A DNA stretch of 64,000 nucleotides from contig JAQTQB010000005.1 in assembly GCA_028712475.1 (NCBI GenBank), positions 43,408-107,407 of the forward strand. The letters run 5' to 3'. The position numbers were made by a program, and so were the translations under genes. Under the pieces are notes generated by a model, which saw only the letters and a program-made list of their open reading frames with translations, ran no database searches and had not been told where the DNA came from. The DNA comes from Verrucomicrobiales bacterium. Its GTDB lineage: Bacteria > Verrucomicrobiota > Verrucomicrobiia > Limisphaerales > UBA11358. Within the stretch, counting starts at the first letter, position 1. Every line of letters starts with the position of its first letter. Below are positions 1-9,561 of the stretch, one piece after another.

Positions 1-2
1 CC

Positions 3-101
3 AAGGATATCATGCCCGACGCGCTGCATCCGAACGAGACTGGCTATAAAATCTGGGCCAGCGCCATGGAGCCGAAGTTGAAGGAACTGCTGTCGAATTA
101 A
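3..101 (+). CDS. C-terminal fragment of an SGNH/GDSL-type hydrolase (5-prime end lies outside the window)
   Basis: The frame is open from the window edge to TAA at 99-101. The translation ...[32 protein letters not shown] carries the D-x-x-H-P-N-x-x-G-Y block typical of SGNH hydrolase C-termini. Confidence 0.5.
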   Translation, partial: KDIMPDALHPNETGYKIWASAMEPKLKELLSN

Positions 102-142
102 GTGGAGCGCCGGGCACCGTCCCGGCTCGTTGGAAATTTAAA

Positions 143-204
143 AGCTCCACATTCCAAGCTCCAACCTCCAGAGAAGCTTCCAGCCTCAGGCATCAAACTG
201 AGGC
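143..204. repeat. Heptamer array (NNNTCCA x4, 143-170) followed by a 7-bp-stem hairpin (gcctcag/ctgaggc, 183-204) that spans the bioA stop codon
   Basis: Read directly: agctcca cattcca agctcca acctcca, then gcctcag-gcatcaaa-ctgaggc. There is no U-tract, so I do not call it a canonical terminator. Confidence 0.55.
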
Positions 205-1737
205 CTGCCGTCTGGGATTTGATGCTTGGTTCTTCACGGGGAAAATTTCCGTCACCGCTTCGCACAGCGTTGAAACCATCTTCTGCAATTGCGCCTTCGT
301 CGTGCAATAGGGCGGCATCAGCACAATTACGTTTCCTACAGGCCGCGTCAGCACGCCGCGCCGCGCCATCGCCTCGCATACGCGGATGCCGGCGCGGTCG
401 CGCAGGACAAACGGCTCGCGCGTCCGCCAGTTTTTAACAAGTTCAATTCCCGCGACCAGTCCGACATGGCGCACGTCGCCGATGTTTGGCAGCGACCAGA
501 GCGATTGCAGCACTTCGTGCAGATTTTTCTGCAACTGCGCGCGCTGGCGGATGGATTTTTCCGTCTGCAAAATTTCCACGCTCGCCACCGAGGCCGCCGC
601 GCCGAGCTGGTTGCCGGTGAAACTGTGGCCGTGGAAAAAAGTTTTAAACTCCTCGTATTCGCCAAGGAACGCGTCAAAAACTTTTTGCGTCGTGAGCGTC
701 GCCGCCATCGGCAGGTAGCCGCCGGTCAGGCCTTTCGCCAGGCAGAGAAAATCCGGCTGAACAGCTTCGTGATGAGAGGCGAATAAGCCATCGTAGCGGC
801 CGACGTGAGGAGGCTCTAATTTTTTCCGGGAATTTGGAATGAGCCTCCTCACGTCGGCTGCTACGATGCCAGTGCGGCCAAACCCAGTCATCACCTCGTC
901 CGCTATGAGCAGTGCGCCGTGGCGGCGCGCGATGTCCGCGACTTGTCGCAGCCAGCCGTCCGGCTGCGGAATCATTCCTGCCGCGCCTTGCATCAATGGC
1001 TCGAAAACGAATGCCGCGTAAGGATTCCCTTTTTTCTTCTGGGTGGAAAATTTCTGCTCCACTTCGCCGACACACTCCCAGTTGCACTTCCGATAATTCC
1101 GCGCGTCGGCGCGTTCCGGCTTGGCGCGGTTGAACGGACAGCGGTAGCAATACGGCGACATCACCTTGTCCGTCCTGAACAGCATCCCGCCGTAGGCCCG
1201 GTGAAACAGATCAATGTGGCCGAGCGAAACCGCGCCAATCGTGTCGCCGTGATACGCGCCGTCCAGCGAGAGAAATTTAGGAGTCACGGCTCGCGAGGAA
1301 GCTCGTCCCGCCGTTTTACCACGTGTGCGGCGCGTGAATTCATAGGCGAGCTTGAGCGCGACTTCCAACGCTGTCGAGCCGTCGTCGGAAAAGAAAACCT
1401 TCTCCAATTTCGGATTTCGGATTTCGGATTTCGGATTGGCTGCCTGAACCAGCTTTGCTGCCAGTAAAGACGCCGGTTCATTCGCATAGCCCAGCGCGGA
1501 GCTGTGGGAAATTTTCTTCAACTGCCGCGCGATGGCGGAATTGATCTTTGGATGCTGATGGCCGTGAAGATTGGTCCAGATGGAGGAATTGGCGTCGAGA
1601 TATTCCCTGCCGCGCACGTCGCGCAGCACTGCGCCCTGGCCGGAGGCGATGACGATAGGCTCGCGCTTGAGCCAGTCGCGCATCTGCGTGAAGGGATGCC
1701 AGACAAACTTCCGGTCGAGTTGGGCGAACTTGTTCAT
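193..1737 (-). CDS. bioA: Adenosylmethionine-8-amino-7-oxononanoate aminotransferase (BioA) with extra in-frame insert segments
   Basis: 514-aa ORF with class-III aminotransferase/BioA blocks: VWHPFTQM, SSIWTNLHGH, FFSDDGSTALEVALKLA, LLIADEVMTGFGRTG, DFLCLAKGLTGGYLP. Its ATGA start overlaps the bioF stop. Confidence 0.93.
   Translation of the reverse strand: MNKFAQLDRKFVWHPFTQMRDWLKREPIVIASGQGAVLRDVRGREYLDANSSIWTNLHGHQHPKINSAIARQLKKISHSSALGYANEPASLLAAKLVQAANPKSEIRNPKLEKVFFSDDGSTALEVALKLAYEFTRRTRGKTAGRASSRAVTPKFLSLDGAYHGDTIGAVSLGHIDLFHRAYGGMLFRTDKVMSPYCYRCPFNRAKPERADARNYRKCNWECVGEVEQKFSTQKKKGNPYAAFVFEPLMQGAAGMIPQPDGWLRQVADIARRHGALLIADEVMTGFGRTGIVAADVRRLIPNSRKKLEPPHVGRYDGLFASHHEAVQPDFLCLAKGLTGGYLPMAATLTTQKVFDAFLGEYEEFKTFFHGHSFTGNQLGAAASVASVEILQTEKSIRQRAQLQKNLHEVLQSLWSLPNIGDVRHVGLVAGIELVKNWRTREPFVLRDRAGIRVCEAMARRGVLTRPVGNVIVLMPPYCTTKAQLQKMVSTLCEAVTEIFPVKNQASNPRRQASV
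789..868. repeat. 80-nt palindromic element (28-nt arms, 24-nt loop) embedded in frame in bioA
   Basis: Arm 789-816 is catcgtagcggccgacgtgaggaggctc. The reverse complement of arm 841-868 is catcgtagcagccgacgtgaggaggctc, a 27/28 match. The element encodes the extra BioA residues IVAADVRRLIPNSRKKLEPPHVGRYDG. Confidence 0.9.
1407..1437. repeat. Heptanucleotide tandem repeat (ATTTCGG)x4.4 inside the bioA coding sequence
   Basis: Direct reading gives atttcgg atttcgg atttcgg atttcgg att. On the coding strand it translates as NPKSEIRNPKL. Confidence 0.92.
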
Positions 1738-2906
1738 GGCTTCAAGGTATTCAGCGCCGCAAGCAGTTCAGCTACGTCTTCCGCCGAGTGTGCAGCGGTC
1801 AGCGTGATCCGCAACCGCGCCGCGCCGCGCGCCACGGTCGGATAACGAATGGCGGGAATAAAAATGTTTTGCTCGCGCAGTTTTGCAGCCAGGTCAACGG
1901 CCTTGGTTTCGTCGCCAATCATGAGCGGGATGATGGCGCTGGGAATTGCGGATTGCAGATTGCGGATTGCGGATTGAAATTCTGCAACGCGCGACCGCAG
2001 CTTTTCTTTGAGTGATTTACCGGCGGCAGATTGAACGACTTGAATTCCTGCCGTGGCTGCCGCGGCGGCGGCGGGAACGGGCGCGGTGCTGAAAATGAAA
2101 CTGCGGGCGCGGTGCATGAGAAGATCAATCAGCGGACGCGAGCCGCAAATGTAGCCTCCGCTGGCGCCGAGCGCCTTGCCAAGCGTGCCCATCTGGATTT
2201 CAATCCGGCTGCCGACACCAAGCTCTTCCGCAAGGCCACGCCGCTTTTCCCCGTAAAGCCCGGTCGCGTGCGCTTCGTCCACCATGAGCCAAGCGCCGTA
2301 TTTGTCCTTGAGCATGACGATTTCCCGGAGCGGTGCGGTGTCGCCGTCCATCGAAAAAATGGATTCAGTGACGATTAGGACGCGCTTTCGATGTTGGATG
2401 TGTTTTTTTGCCCACATCAACTTTTCTTCCAGGTCGTTCAGATCATTGTGGGCAAAGACGCGGAGCTTTGCGCCGCTCAAGCGCGCGCCGTCCACGATGC
2501 AGGCGTGGACAAGTTTGTCGAGAATGATGATGTCGTCCTTGCCTAGCAGCGCGCAAATCGTGCCGGTGGCGGCGGCGTAACCGGTGGAAAATGTCAGCGC
2601 GGCCCCGGTCTTTTTGAAAGCAGCGAGTGTTTCCTCCAGTTCGTGAAACGGCGCAAGCGAACCGCAGATGAGCCGGGACGCGCCCGCGCCCGCGCCAGAT
2701 TTTTCGACCGCTTTGATCGCGGCCTCTTTAAGCGCCGGATGATTGGCGAGGCCGAGATAATCGTTGGAAGAAAAATTCAGAAAAGTTGTGCCGGCGATTT
2801 TGATTCTTGGCGACTGCGGTGAATCCACCCGGCGCAGTTCGCGGTGCAAGCCTTGTGCGCGCAAGGCTTCAAGGCGCTGGTTCAATTCTTCATCGAACGG
2901 ATTCAT
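1734..2906 (-). CDS. bioF: 8-amino-7-oxononanoate synthase (BioF)
   Basis: 390-aa ORF with an alpha-oxoamine synthase signature: NFSSNDYLGL, GAGASRLICG, LMVDEAHATGLYG, and GTLGKALG containing the PLP lysine. It lies immediately upstream of bioA and overlaps it. Confidence 0.92.
   Translation of the reverse strand: MNPFDEELNQRLEALRAQGLHRELRRVDSPQSPRIKIAGTTFLNFSSNDYLGLANHPALKEAAIKAVEKSGAGAGASRLICGSLAPFHELEETLAAFKKTGAALTFSTGYAAATGTICALLGKDDIIILDKLVHACIVDGARLSGAKLRVFAHNDLNDLEEKLMWAKKHIQHRKRVLIVTESIFSMDGDTAPLREIVMLKDKYGAWLMVDEAHATGLYGEKRRGLAEELGVGSRIEIQMGTLGKALGASGGYICGSRPLIDLLMHRARSFIFSTAPVPAAAAAATAGIQVVQSAAGKSLKEKLRSRVAEFQSAIRNLQSAIPSAIIPLMIGDETKAVDLAAKLREQNIFIPAIRYPTVARGAARLRITLTAAHSAEDVAELLAALNTLKP
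1945..1976. repeat. Heptanucleotide tandem repeat (ATTGCGG/ATTGCAG)x4.5 inside the bioF coding sequence
   Basis: Direct reading gives attgcgg attgcag attgcgg attgcgg attg. On the coding strand it translates as FQSAIRNLQSAI. Confidence 0.9.
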
Positions 2907-2913
2907 CGGGGGA

Positions 2914-2991
2914 ATTTACGATTTGAGACTTGCGATTTACGAGCCAAAAGACTCACTGTCGCGTCAATCGTAAATCGCATATCGTAAATTT
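2914..2991. repeat. Two inverted heptamer arrays (ATTTACG family) forming a long imperfect hairpin in the bioF/amidohydrolase intergenic gap
   Basis: Left array, 2914-2941: atttacg atttgag acttgcg atttacg. Right array, 2969-2989: cgtaaat cgcatat cgtaaat, which is the reverse complement of atttacg atatgcg atttacg. About 27 nt separates them. Confidence 0.8.
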
Positions 2992-4234
2992 ACATCGGCG
3001 GAACCGCCCAACGGCCATCAATCATGCTGGCCTTCACATTTCCCGCGTGGGCGAGAACGGTTTCGTAAGCGTCGGCGGATTCTGCCCCGGCTGGAATCGC
3101 AATCAAATCGGCGAAAGCGTTTTTGGCAAGCTCGCCAGTCTGTCCGGCCAGACCCAGTGCGCGGGCACCGTTGACGGTGGCCATGCGGAGAATTTCCAAC
3201 GGCGAAATAGTTTTATCGGCGGCTGCAAGCTGGCGCATCTCTTCGAACATGTTGAGTTCAGGTTTTTGCTTTCCGGTCTTGCGCGTCGTGGCCAGGCTGT
3301 CCGTGCCGAGGCAGAGGTTGGCGCCCGCGTTGGCAAGCCGTTCGCGCAGAAACGGCGCATGGCGGAAGTAATCATGGCTGCGCGGGCAATGCACGATGTT
3401 GACGCGGTGTTTGCCGAGCAGGGCGGCGTCGCCGCGCGCGAGATAGTTGACGTGGATGGCAAGCAGGTTTTCGCCGAGAATTTTATGGCGGGCGGAATGT
3501 TTCACGGGCGAACCGATGCCGCAGTCGCTCATGTCGCGCTGGTTCCGCTTAAGCCAGTCGAACATTTTGCCGCGCGCGTGCAGGAACATCTCAAATTCCT
3601 CCCCGGATTCAGAGATGTGGGTGCAGATGCGCCACTTTTTCTTGCGCGCAACCTCCGCGCTCAAGCGCAGCAATTCGGGCAGGGTGGAGTAGGGCGCATG
3701 GGGCGAAAGCGCGGCGTAACAGCGGGCGTGGGCCAGCGAATCAATTGTCTCGACGGTTTCGCGTAAAATTTCCTTTGGCTCACGGCGTGCGCGGATACCG
3801 GTCATTTCGAGAAACGAAAACACGCGCAACGGCGTGGCGTCCCAGGTTTCCGGCAGCAGGTCCGGCATGGCCTCGATGTCGGCAACGGTGGTCGTGCCGG
3901 TTTTCAAAAGCTGGTGCGCACCGCGCAGCCAGGAGTGGGCGTAGTTGGAGTAGCTCCAGCCGGTTTTGGCGGCGGTGATCAGCGAGATCCAGTCGGTGAA
4001 TGTTTTCGGCGGCGGCAACTGCCCGGCCATGTCCGTGTAATCCAGATGGCAGTGGGCGTTGATAAGCCCGGGCAGCAAGATTACTTCGCCGAGGTCAAAA
4101 ACTTTTTCGCCAGACTGCGGTTGCAAGTCCGCCCATGAACCGACAGCGCGGATGCGGTTTCCAGAAATCAGGACGGCGCCGTTTTCAATCGGCGGCTGCG
4201 AGACCGGCAGAATCGTGCGGGCGCGGAGAATCAC
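2990..4234 (-). CDS. Amidohydrolase-superfamily protein (chlorohydrolase/aminodeoxyfutalosine-deaminase-like)
   Basis: 414-aa ORF with the metal-binding motif LPGLINAHCHLDYT, a downstream HISE motif and GTDS. The subfamily cannot be fixed without a search. Confidence 0.78.
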   Translation of the reverse strand: MILRARTILPVSQPPIENGAVLISGNRIRAVGSWADLQPQSGEKVFDLGEVILLPGLINAHCHLDYTDMAGQLPPPKTFTDWISLITAAKTGWSYSNYAHSWLRGAHQLLKTGTTTVADIEAMPDLLPETWDATPLRVFSFLEMTGIRARREPKEILRETVETIDSLAHARCYAALSPHAPYSTLPELLRLSAEVARKKKWRICTHISESGEEFEMFLHARGKMFDWLKRNQRDMSDCGIGSPVKHSARHKILGENLLAIHVNYLARGDAALLGKHRVNIVHCPRSHDYFRHAPFLRERLANAGANLCLGTDSLATTRKTGKQKPELNMFEEMRQLAAADKTISPLEILRMATVNGARALGLAGQTGELAKNAFADLIAIPAGAESADAYETVLAHAGNVKASMIDGRWAVPPM

Positions 4235-4236
4235 TG

Positions 4237-4590
4237 CTAGACTCCGGCATCACGGCGGACTTTTTTCAGCTTGACGGCATCCTGATGCTTGTGCGCCTTG
4301 AATTTGTTGTGCTGCTTGCGGATTTGCTGCTCGATTTTTTTGGTCACGCGGTCAATCGCCGCGTAGAGGTCGCTTTCCACATCTTTGGCAAACAGGTCGG
4401 GGCCGCGCACGGCAAGGCGCATGGAGCATGAGAATTGTTTTTCCGGCACGCGCGTATGATCATGTTCAAGCGTGACGCGGGCATCAATGGCCCTTGGGTC
4501 GAAGTGATCCAGTTTTTTGATGCACTTCACGACATGCGCCTCGATGGCTTTGGTCAGGGTCAGGTTGTGAGTCGAGAGAATCAATTTCAT
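4237..4590 (-). CDS. hpf: Ribosome hibernation promoting factor (short HPF/RaiA family)
   Basis: 117-aa ORF MKLILSTHNLTLTKAIEAHVVKCIKKLDHFDPRAIDARVTLEHD... is typical of sigma-54 modulation protein/S30EA family N-termini. Confidence 0.87.
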   Translation of the reverse strand: MKLILSTHNLTLTKAIEAHVVKCIKKLDHFDPRAIDARVTLEHDHTRVPEKQFSCSMRLAVRGPDLFAKDVESDLYAAIDRVTKKIEQQIRKQHNKFKAHKHQDAVKLKKVRRDAGV

Positions 4591-4710
4591 GTCTTAAAGA
4601 TGTGACTGTCGCGCGAGTAAATCCAGTTTTCTTGATAAATTTTTTTGTGAAGCGAGAGTCATGCCAATTTTTCTTGTCTTTGGCCGGAACTGGTTTAACT
4701 TGCCGCGCAA

Positions 4711-6213
4711 ATGGTTCAGGGTTTGCAACTCTCCACGCGCTTGACGCAGTCAATGGTGCTTGCGCCGCAGCTCCAGCAATCGCTGGCGCTGCTGCAAGCT
4801 CCCACACTGGAACTCAAGGCCCTCGTCGAACAGGAACTGCAGCAGAATCCAGTCCTTGAAGAGGTCGAAGGTTCCGAAGTCGAGCTGCCGGACAAGCCTG
4901 TCGAAGAAATGGGCGAAAACAGCGACGCCACCGCCACCGCCGATCCCTCCGAACGCGCCGAGGATGCGCCAGTGGACGTGGAAAAGGCCGACGACGCGCC
5001 AGCCGATGATTTTCAGGAGGAATTTGACAAGCTTGTGCAGCTGGACCAGGAGTGGCGCGATAATTTTTCCCAGACGAACGCCCCCATCCGCCAGTCCACC
5101 GAGGATGAAGAACGGCGGCAGTTCATGTTCGACTCGCTCACCTCGGGAACTTCCTTCACGCAAATGTTGATGGATCAGGCGCGTGAATCTGATTTGACTG
5201 CGGACCAGCAAGCCATAGCCGAGCTCGTCATCGGCAACATTGACGATTACGGCTATCTCAAGGCGACGGTCGAGGAGATTTCCACGGCCAACAATCTTCC
5301 GGCCGATAAAATTGCTGAAGTCCTCAAAGTCATCAAAACCTTTGATCCGGCCGGCACCGGTGCGGGCGATCTGCGCGAATGCCTCATGCTCCAGCTCGAG
5401 CGCAAAGGCCAGCAGGACTCGCTCGAATACCGCATCATCCGCGATTTCATGGAGGCGCTGGGCAAACGCCGCATCCCCGAAATCGCACGCGGAACCGGGC
5501 GCGATGTGGACGAAGTCCAGGAATCCCTTGCTAAGATCGCACATCTGGAGCCGCGCCCCGGACGCGCCTTTCTGCCGGACACGGACCAGTTCGTTTCGCC
5601 CGAAGTGTTCGTGACCAAAGTCGGCGATGATTTCACCGTCGCCACCAACAACGACAACGTCCCGCATCTTCGCATCAGCAACGTTTACAAGGATCTCATG
5701 GCGCAGGGCGAGAACAACGCCGAGGTGAAGAATTACATCCGCGAGAAGATCCGCGCCGGAAAATTCCTCATCAAGAGCCTGCACCAGCGGCAGCAGACCA
5801 TCGGCAACATCGGCCGGGAGATAGTCAAACGTCAGCGCGAGTTCATGGAAAAAGGCGTCGCGCATCTGAAGCCGATGACGATGGCGCAGGTAGCCGAAGT
5901 GGTCGGCGTGCATGAAACCACCGTGAGCCGCGCCGTTTCCGGCAAATACATCGAGACGCCGCAGGGCATTTTCGAGATGAAATTTTTCTTCACCGCCGGC
6001 TTGCAGACCGCCTGCGGCACCGGTGTTTCCAACACGAGCGTGAAGGACATGATCGCCGAAATCTTTAAGAACGAGAATCCCAGCAAGCCGTTGTCCGACC
6101 AGGAAGTCGTGAAGATGGTCGGCGAAAAAGGCATCACCATCGCGCGCCGCACCGTCGCCAAATACCGCGACGAGTTGAACATCCTCCCGTCGAATCTGCG
6201 CAAGGTTTATTGA
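4711..6213 (+). CDS. rpoN: RNA polymerase sigma-54 factor
   Basis: 500 aa. It has the glutamine/leucine-rich region I (LAPQLQQSLALLQAPTLELKALVEQELQQNPVLEE), an acidic region II and the C-terminal RpoN box ARRTVAKYR. Confidence 0.96.
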   Translation: MVQGLQLSTRLTQSMVLAPQLQQSLALLQAPTLELKALVEQELQQNPVLEEVEGSEVELPDKPVEEMGENSDATATADPSERAEDAPVDVEKADDAPADDFQEEFDKLVQLDQEWRDNFSQTNAPIRQSTEDEERRQFMFDSLTSGTSFTQMLMDQARESDLTADQQAIAELVIGNIDDYGYLKATVEEISTANNLPADKIAEVLKVIKTFDPAGTGAGDLRECLMLQLERKGQQDSLEYRIIRDFMEALGKRRIPEIARGTGRDVDEVQESLAKIAHLEPRPGRAFLPDTDQFVSPEVFVTKVGDDFTVATNNDNVPHLRISNVYKDLMAQGENNAEVKNYIREKIRAGKFLIKSLHQRQQTIGNIGREIVKRQREFMEKGVAHLKPMTMAQVAEVVGVHETTVSRAVSGKYIETPQGIFEMKFFFTAGLQTACGTGVSNTSVKDMIAEIFKNENPSKPLSDQEVVKMVGEKGITIARRTVAKYRDELNILPSNLRKVY

Positions 6214-6340
6214 ACGGCTTTGCCCCTTTTCGTTCAGCGCCTTCACATGCACGGATTCAGGGCGAGAAATCTCCACAATGATGTTACTGAATCCTTCGTT
6301 GACGCAGGCAGATTTCTGGCGGCGCGGAACCGGCGGAGAT

Positions 6341-8206
6341 TTATTTCACGTCCTTTAACTGGAAACGCACGCTGGCGACGCCGGCCTTCAAGTCTATCTC
6401 AACCGGGACGGCGGTTTTCCTGAAAGTTTCCAGCATCGCGGCATTGTCCGAAAGCACGTCGGCGGTAAATCCGATGATGCCTTGTTGCGTTGCCACTTTT
6501 GCCAGATGCCGCAGCAAGAAGACGGCAATCCCGCGCTGCCTGAAATCTTCCTGCACCACGATGGCCACTTCCGCCCAGTTGGTTGCCGGGTCGCGATAAT
6601 AACGCCCGACGGCGATGAGCCGCTGGCGGCCTTCCCACACGATCTCGCCGGTGATGGCCATCGCGTCGTGATAATCCAGCGTGACCATTTGCTGAAGCGT
6701 TTCATGCCGCAGATGCCGGAGCGTTCCAAAGTAGCGCTGATAAATCGTCGCCGTCGTGTGCGAATAAAAAAGTTCCTTCAGCAAATTTTCATCCGTCGGC
6801 TGGATGGGCCGGAAATGAACCTTCAAGCCGCCCTGAAATTCATGGTCGGTCTCAAATTTTTTCGGATATGGCTGCAAACCTTGCGGCAGGGCGATCTGAT
6901 TCGGATGAACCAGCCGGGCTTCACGCGCCTGCTGCATCAGTTCATCGCGGAATTTCGGATGCGCAATGTGGATGAGCGCCAGCACCCGTTCGCGCACGGA
7001 TTTCCCGTGCAGACAGGCCACGCCGTATTCGGTCACGACATAGTGGACATCCGCGCGCGTGGTGACGACGCCCGCTCCGGTCTTGAGCCAGGGAACGATC
7101 CGCGAAACCGAGCCGTCGCACGTGGTGGAGGGCAGGGCGATGATGGGCTTGCCATTTTCCGACCGCGCCGCGCCACGCACAAAATCCACCTGCCCGCCGA
7201 AGCCGCTGTAAAATTTCCCGCCGATTGAATCCGCGCAGACCTGCCCCGTCAAATCCACTTCGATGGCCGAGCTGATGGCGATCATGTCGCGGTTGCGCGC
7301 GATCTGGAACGGGTCGTTGGTGAACTCGGTGGGGCAGAATTCAAACGCCGGATTGTCGTGAATGTAATCGTAGAATTTGCGGTTGCCGAAACAAAAGCTG
7401 GTGACGATTTTCCGGGGCAGAAGCGTCTTGCGCCTGCCGTTCAGCACGCCTGATTCGATCAATGGCACGACGGCTTCGGTTATCATTTCCGTGTGCATTC
7501 CGAGGTCGCGCTTGTTTTTCAACGCGGCCAGCACCGCGCTGGGAATCGCGCCGATGCCGGTCTGCAACGTCGCACCGTCCGGCACGAGCGATTCGATGAA
7601 CTCGGCGATCTTTTGCGCCTCAGGCGTGATGGGCTCCATCGGAAATTCCAGCACCGGCAGTTCGCTTTTCACCATTGCGTCGAGTTCGCTCACATGGACA
7701 AAGCTGTCGCCGAGCGTGCGCGGCATGTTGGGATTCACTTCGGCAATGACAAAATCCGCCGATTCGACGGCGGCCTTGACCACGTCCACAGAAACGCCAA
7801 AGCTGCAAAAACCGTGCGCGTCCGGCGGGCTGACCTGGACGAGCGCCACATCAAGGTGCATCCGTTTTTCGCGGAACATGCGTGGGATTTCCGACAAAAA
7901 CAGCGGCGTGTAATCGGCCACGCCTTCGTTGACCGCGTCACGGACGTTGGCGCCGATGAAAAAAGAATTCTGCCGGAAATGTTCCAGCAGATCGCGCCGC
8001 GCATACGGGGCCGGGCCGTGGGTAAGGATGTGCAGCACCTCGACGTCGTAAACTTCCGGCGCGCGCGCCGCGAGCGCCTCGACAAGCGCCTGCGGTGCCG
8101 CGCAACCCGAACCGATAAACACACGCATCCCGCTGCGCAGACAGTTCAGCGCTTCTGCTGCCGGTTTCCACGGAAAAAGGGATTCGTCCATAAACCAATA
8201 AACCAC
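6341..8206 (-). CDS. Acetyl-CoA hydrolase/transferase family protein fused to a C-terminal GNAT acetyltransferase domain
   Basis: 621 aa. The N-terminal 430 aa resemble 4-hydroxybutyrate/acetyl-CoA transferases (VFIGSGCAAPQ, GFGGQVDF). The C-terminal region QEDFRQRGIAVFLLRHLAKVATQQG matches the GNAT acetyl-CoA binding motif. Confidence 0.85.
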   Translation of the reverse strand: MVYWFMDESLFPWKPAAEALNCLRSGMRVFIGSGCAAPQALVEALAARAPEVYDVEVLHILTHGPAPYARRDLLEHFRQNSFFIGANVRDAVNEGVADYTPLFLSEIPRMFREKRMHLDVALVQVSPPDAHGFCSFGVSVDVVKAAVESADFVIAEVNPNMPRTLGDSFVHVSELDAMVKSELPVLEFPMEPITPEAQKIAEFIESLVPDGATLQTGIGAIPSAVLAALKNKRDLGMHTEMITEAVVPLIESGVLNGRRKTLLPRKIVTSFCFGNRKFYDYIHDNPAFEFCPTEFTNDPFQIARNRDMIAISSAIEVDLTGQVCADSIGGKFYSGFGGQVDFVRGAARSENGKPIIALPSTTCDGSVSRIVPWLKTGAGVVTTRADVHYVVTEYGVACLHGKSVRERVLALIHIAHPKFRDELMQQAREARLVHPNQIALPQGLQPYPKKFETDHEFQGGLKVHFRPIQPTDENLLKELFYSHTTATIYQRYFGTLRHLRHETLQQMVTLDYHDAMAITGEIVWEGRQRLIAVGRYYRDPATNWAEVAIVVQEDFRQRGIAVFLLRHLAKVATQQGIIGFTADVLSDNAAMLETFRKTAVPVEIDLKAGVASVRFQLKDVK

Positions 8207-8406
8207 CGTTGCAAATCAGCTGCAAAAAATCAGCAACAAAATTTTGCCGTGAAGATTCCCCGGTCGGCCTTGCATTGATTTGGTGGACAGGCCGGGGCGG
8301 GCAGAATCAATGATAAAGCAAGATTTGGCGAGGTTTTCGCAATGGCGTCCCTGAATTCTTCGTTGACGGTGCGAGGTTCGTAGGTAGAATTTCCCAATCG
8401 GTTTGA

Positions 8407-9510
<1,104 letters not shown>

Positions 9511-9528
9511 GCGAAAGCAAAATTCAAA

Positions 9529-9558
9529 ACGGCGGACTGGAAACAGTCCGCCGTTTTT
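9529..9558 (+). terminator. Rho-independent terminator of gap
   Basis: Stem acggcggactg, loop gaaa, stem cagtccgccgt (11-bp perfect stem), followed by ttttt. It lies 19 nt after the gap stop codon. Confidence 0.85.
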
Positions 9559-9561
9559 ATG

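Noticed and set aside
4750-6276. 508-aa ORF antisense to rpoN
   Set aside because: It is a shadow ORF in G+C-rich DNA. The translation is low-complexity (rich in R, G, A, H) with no recognisable motif. The opposite strand encodes an unmistakable sigma-54.
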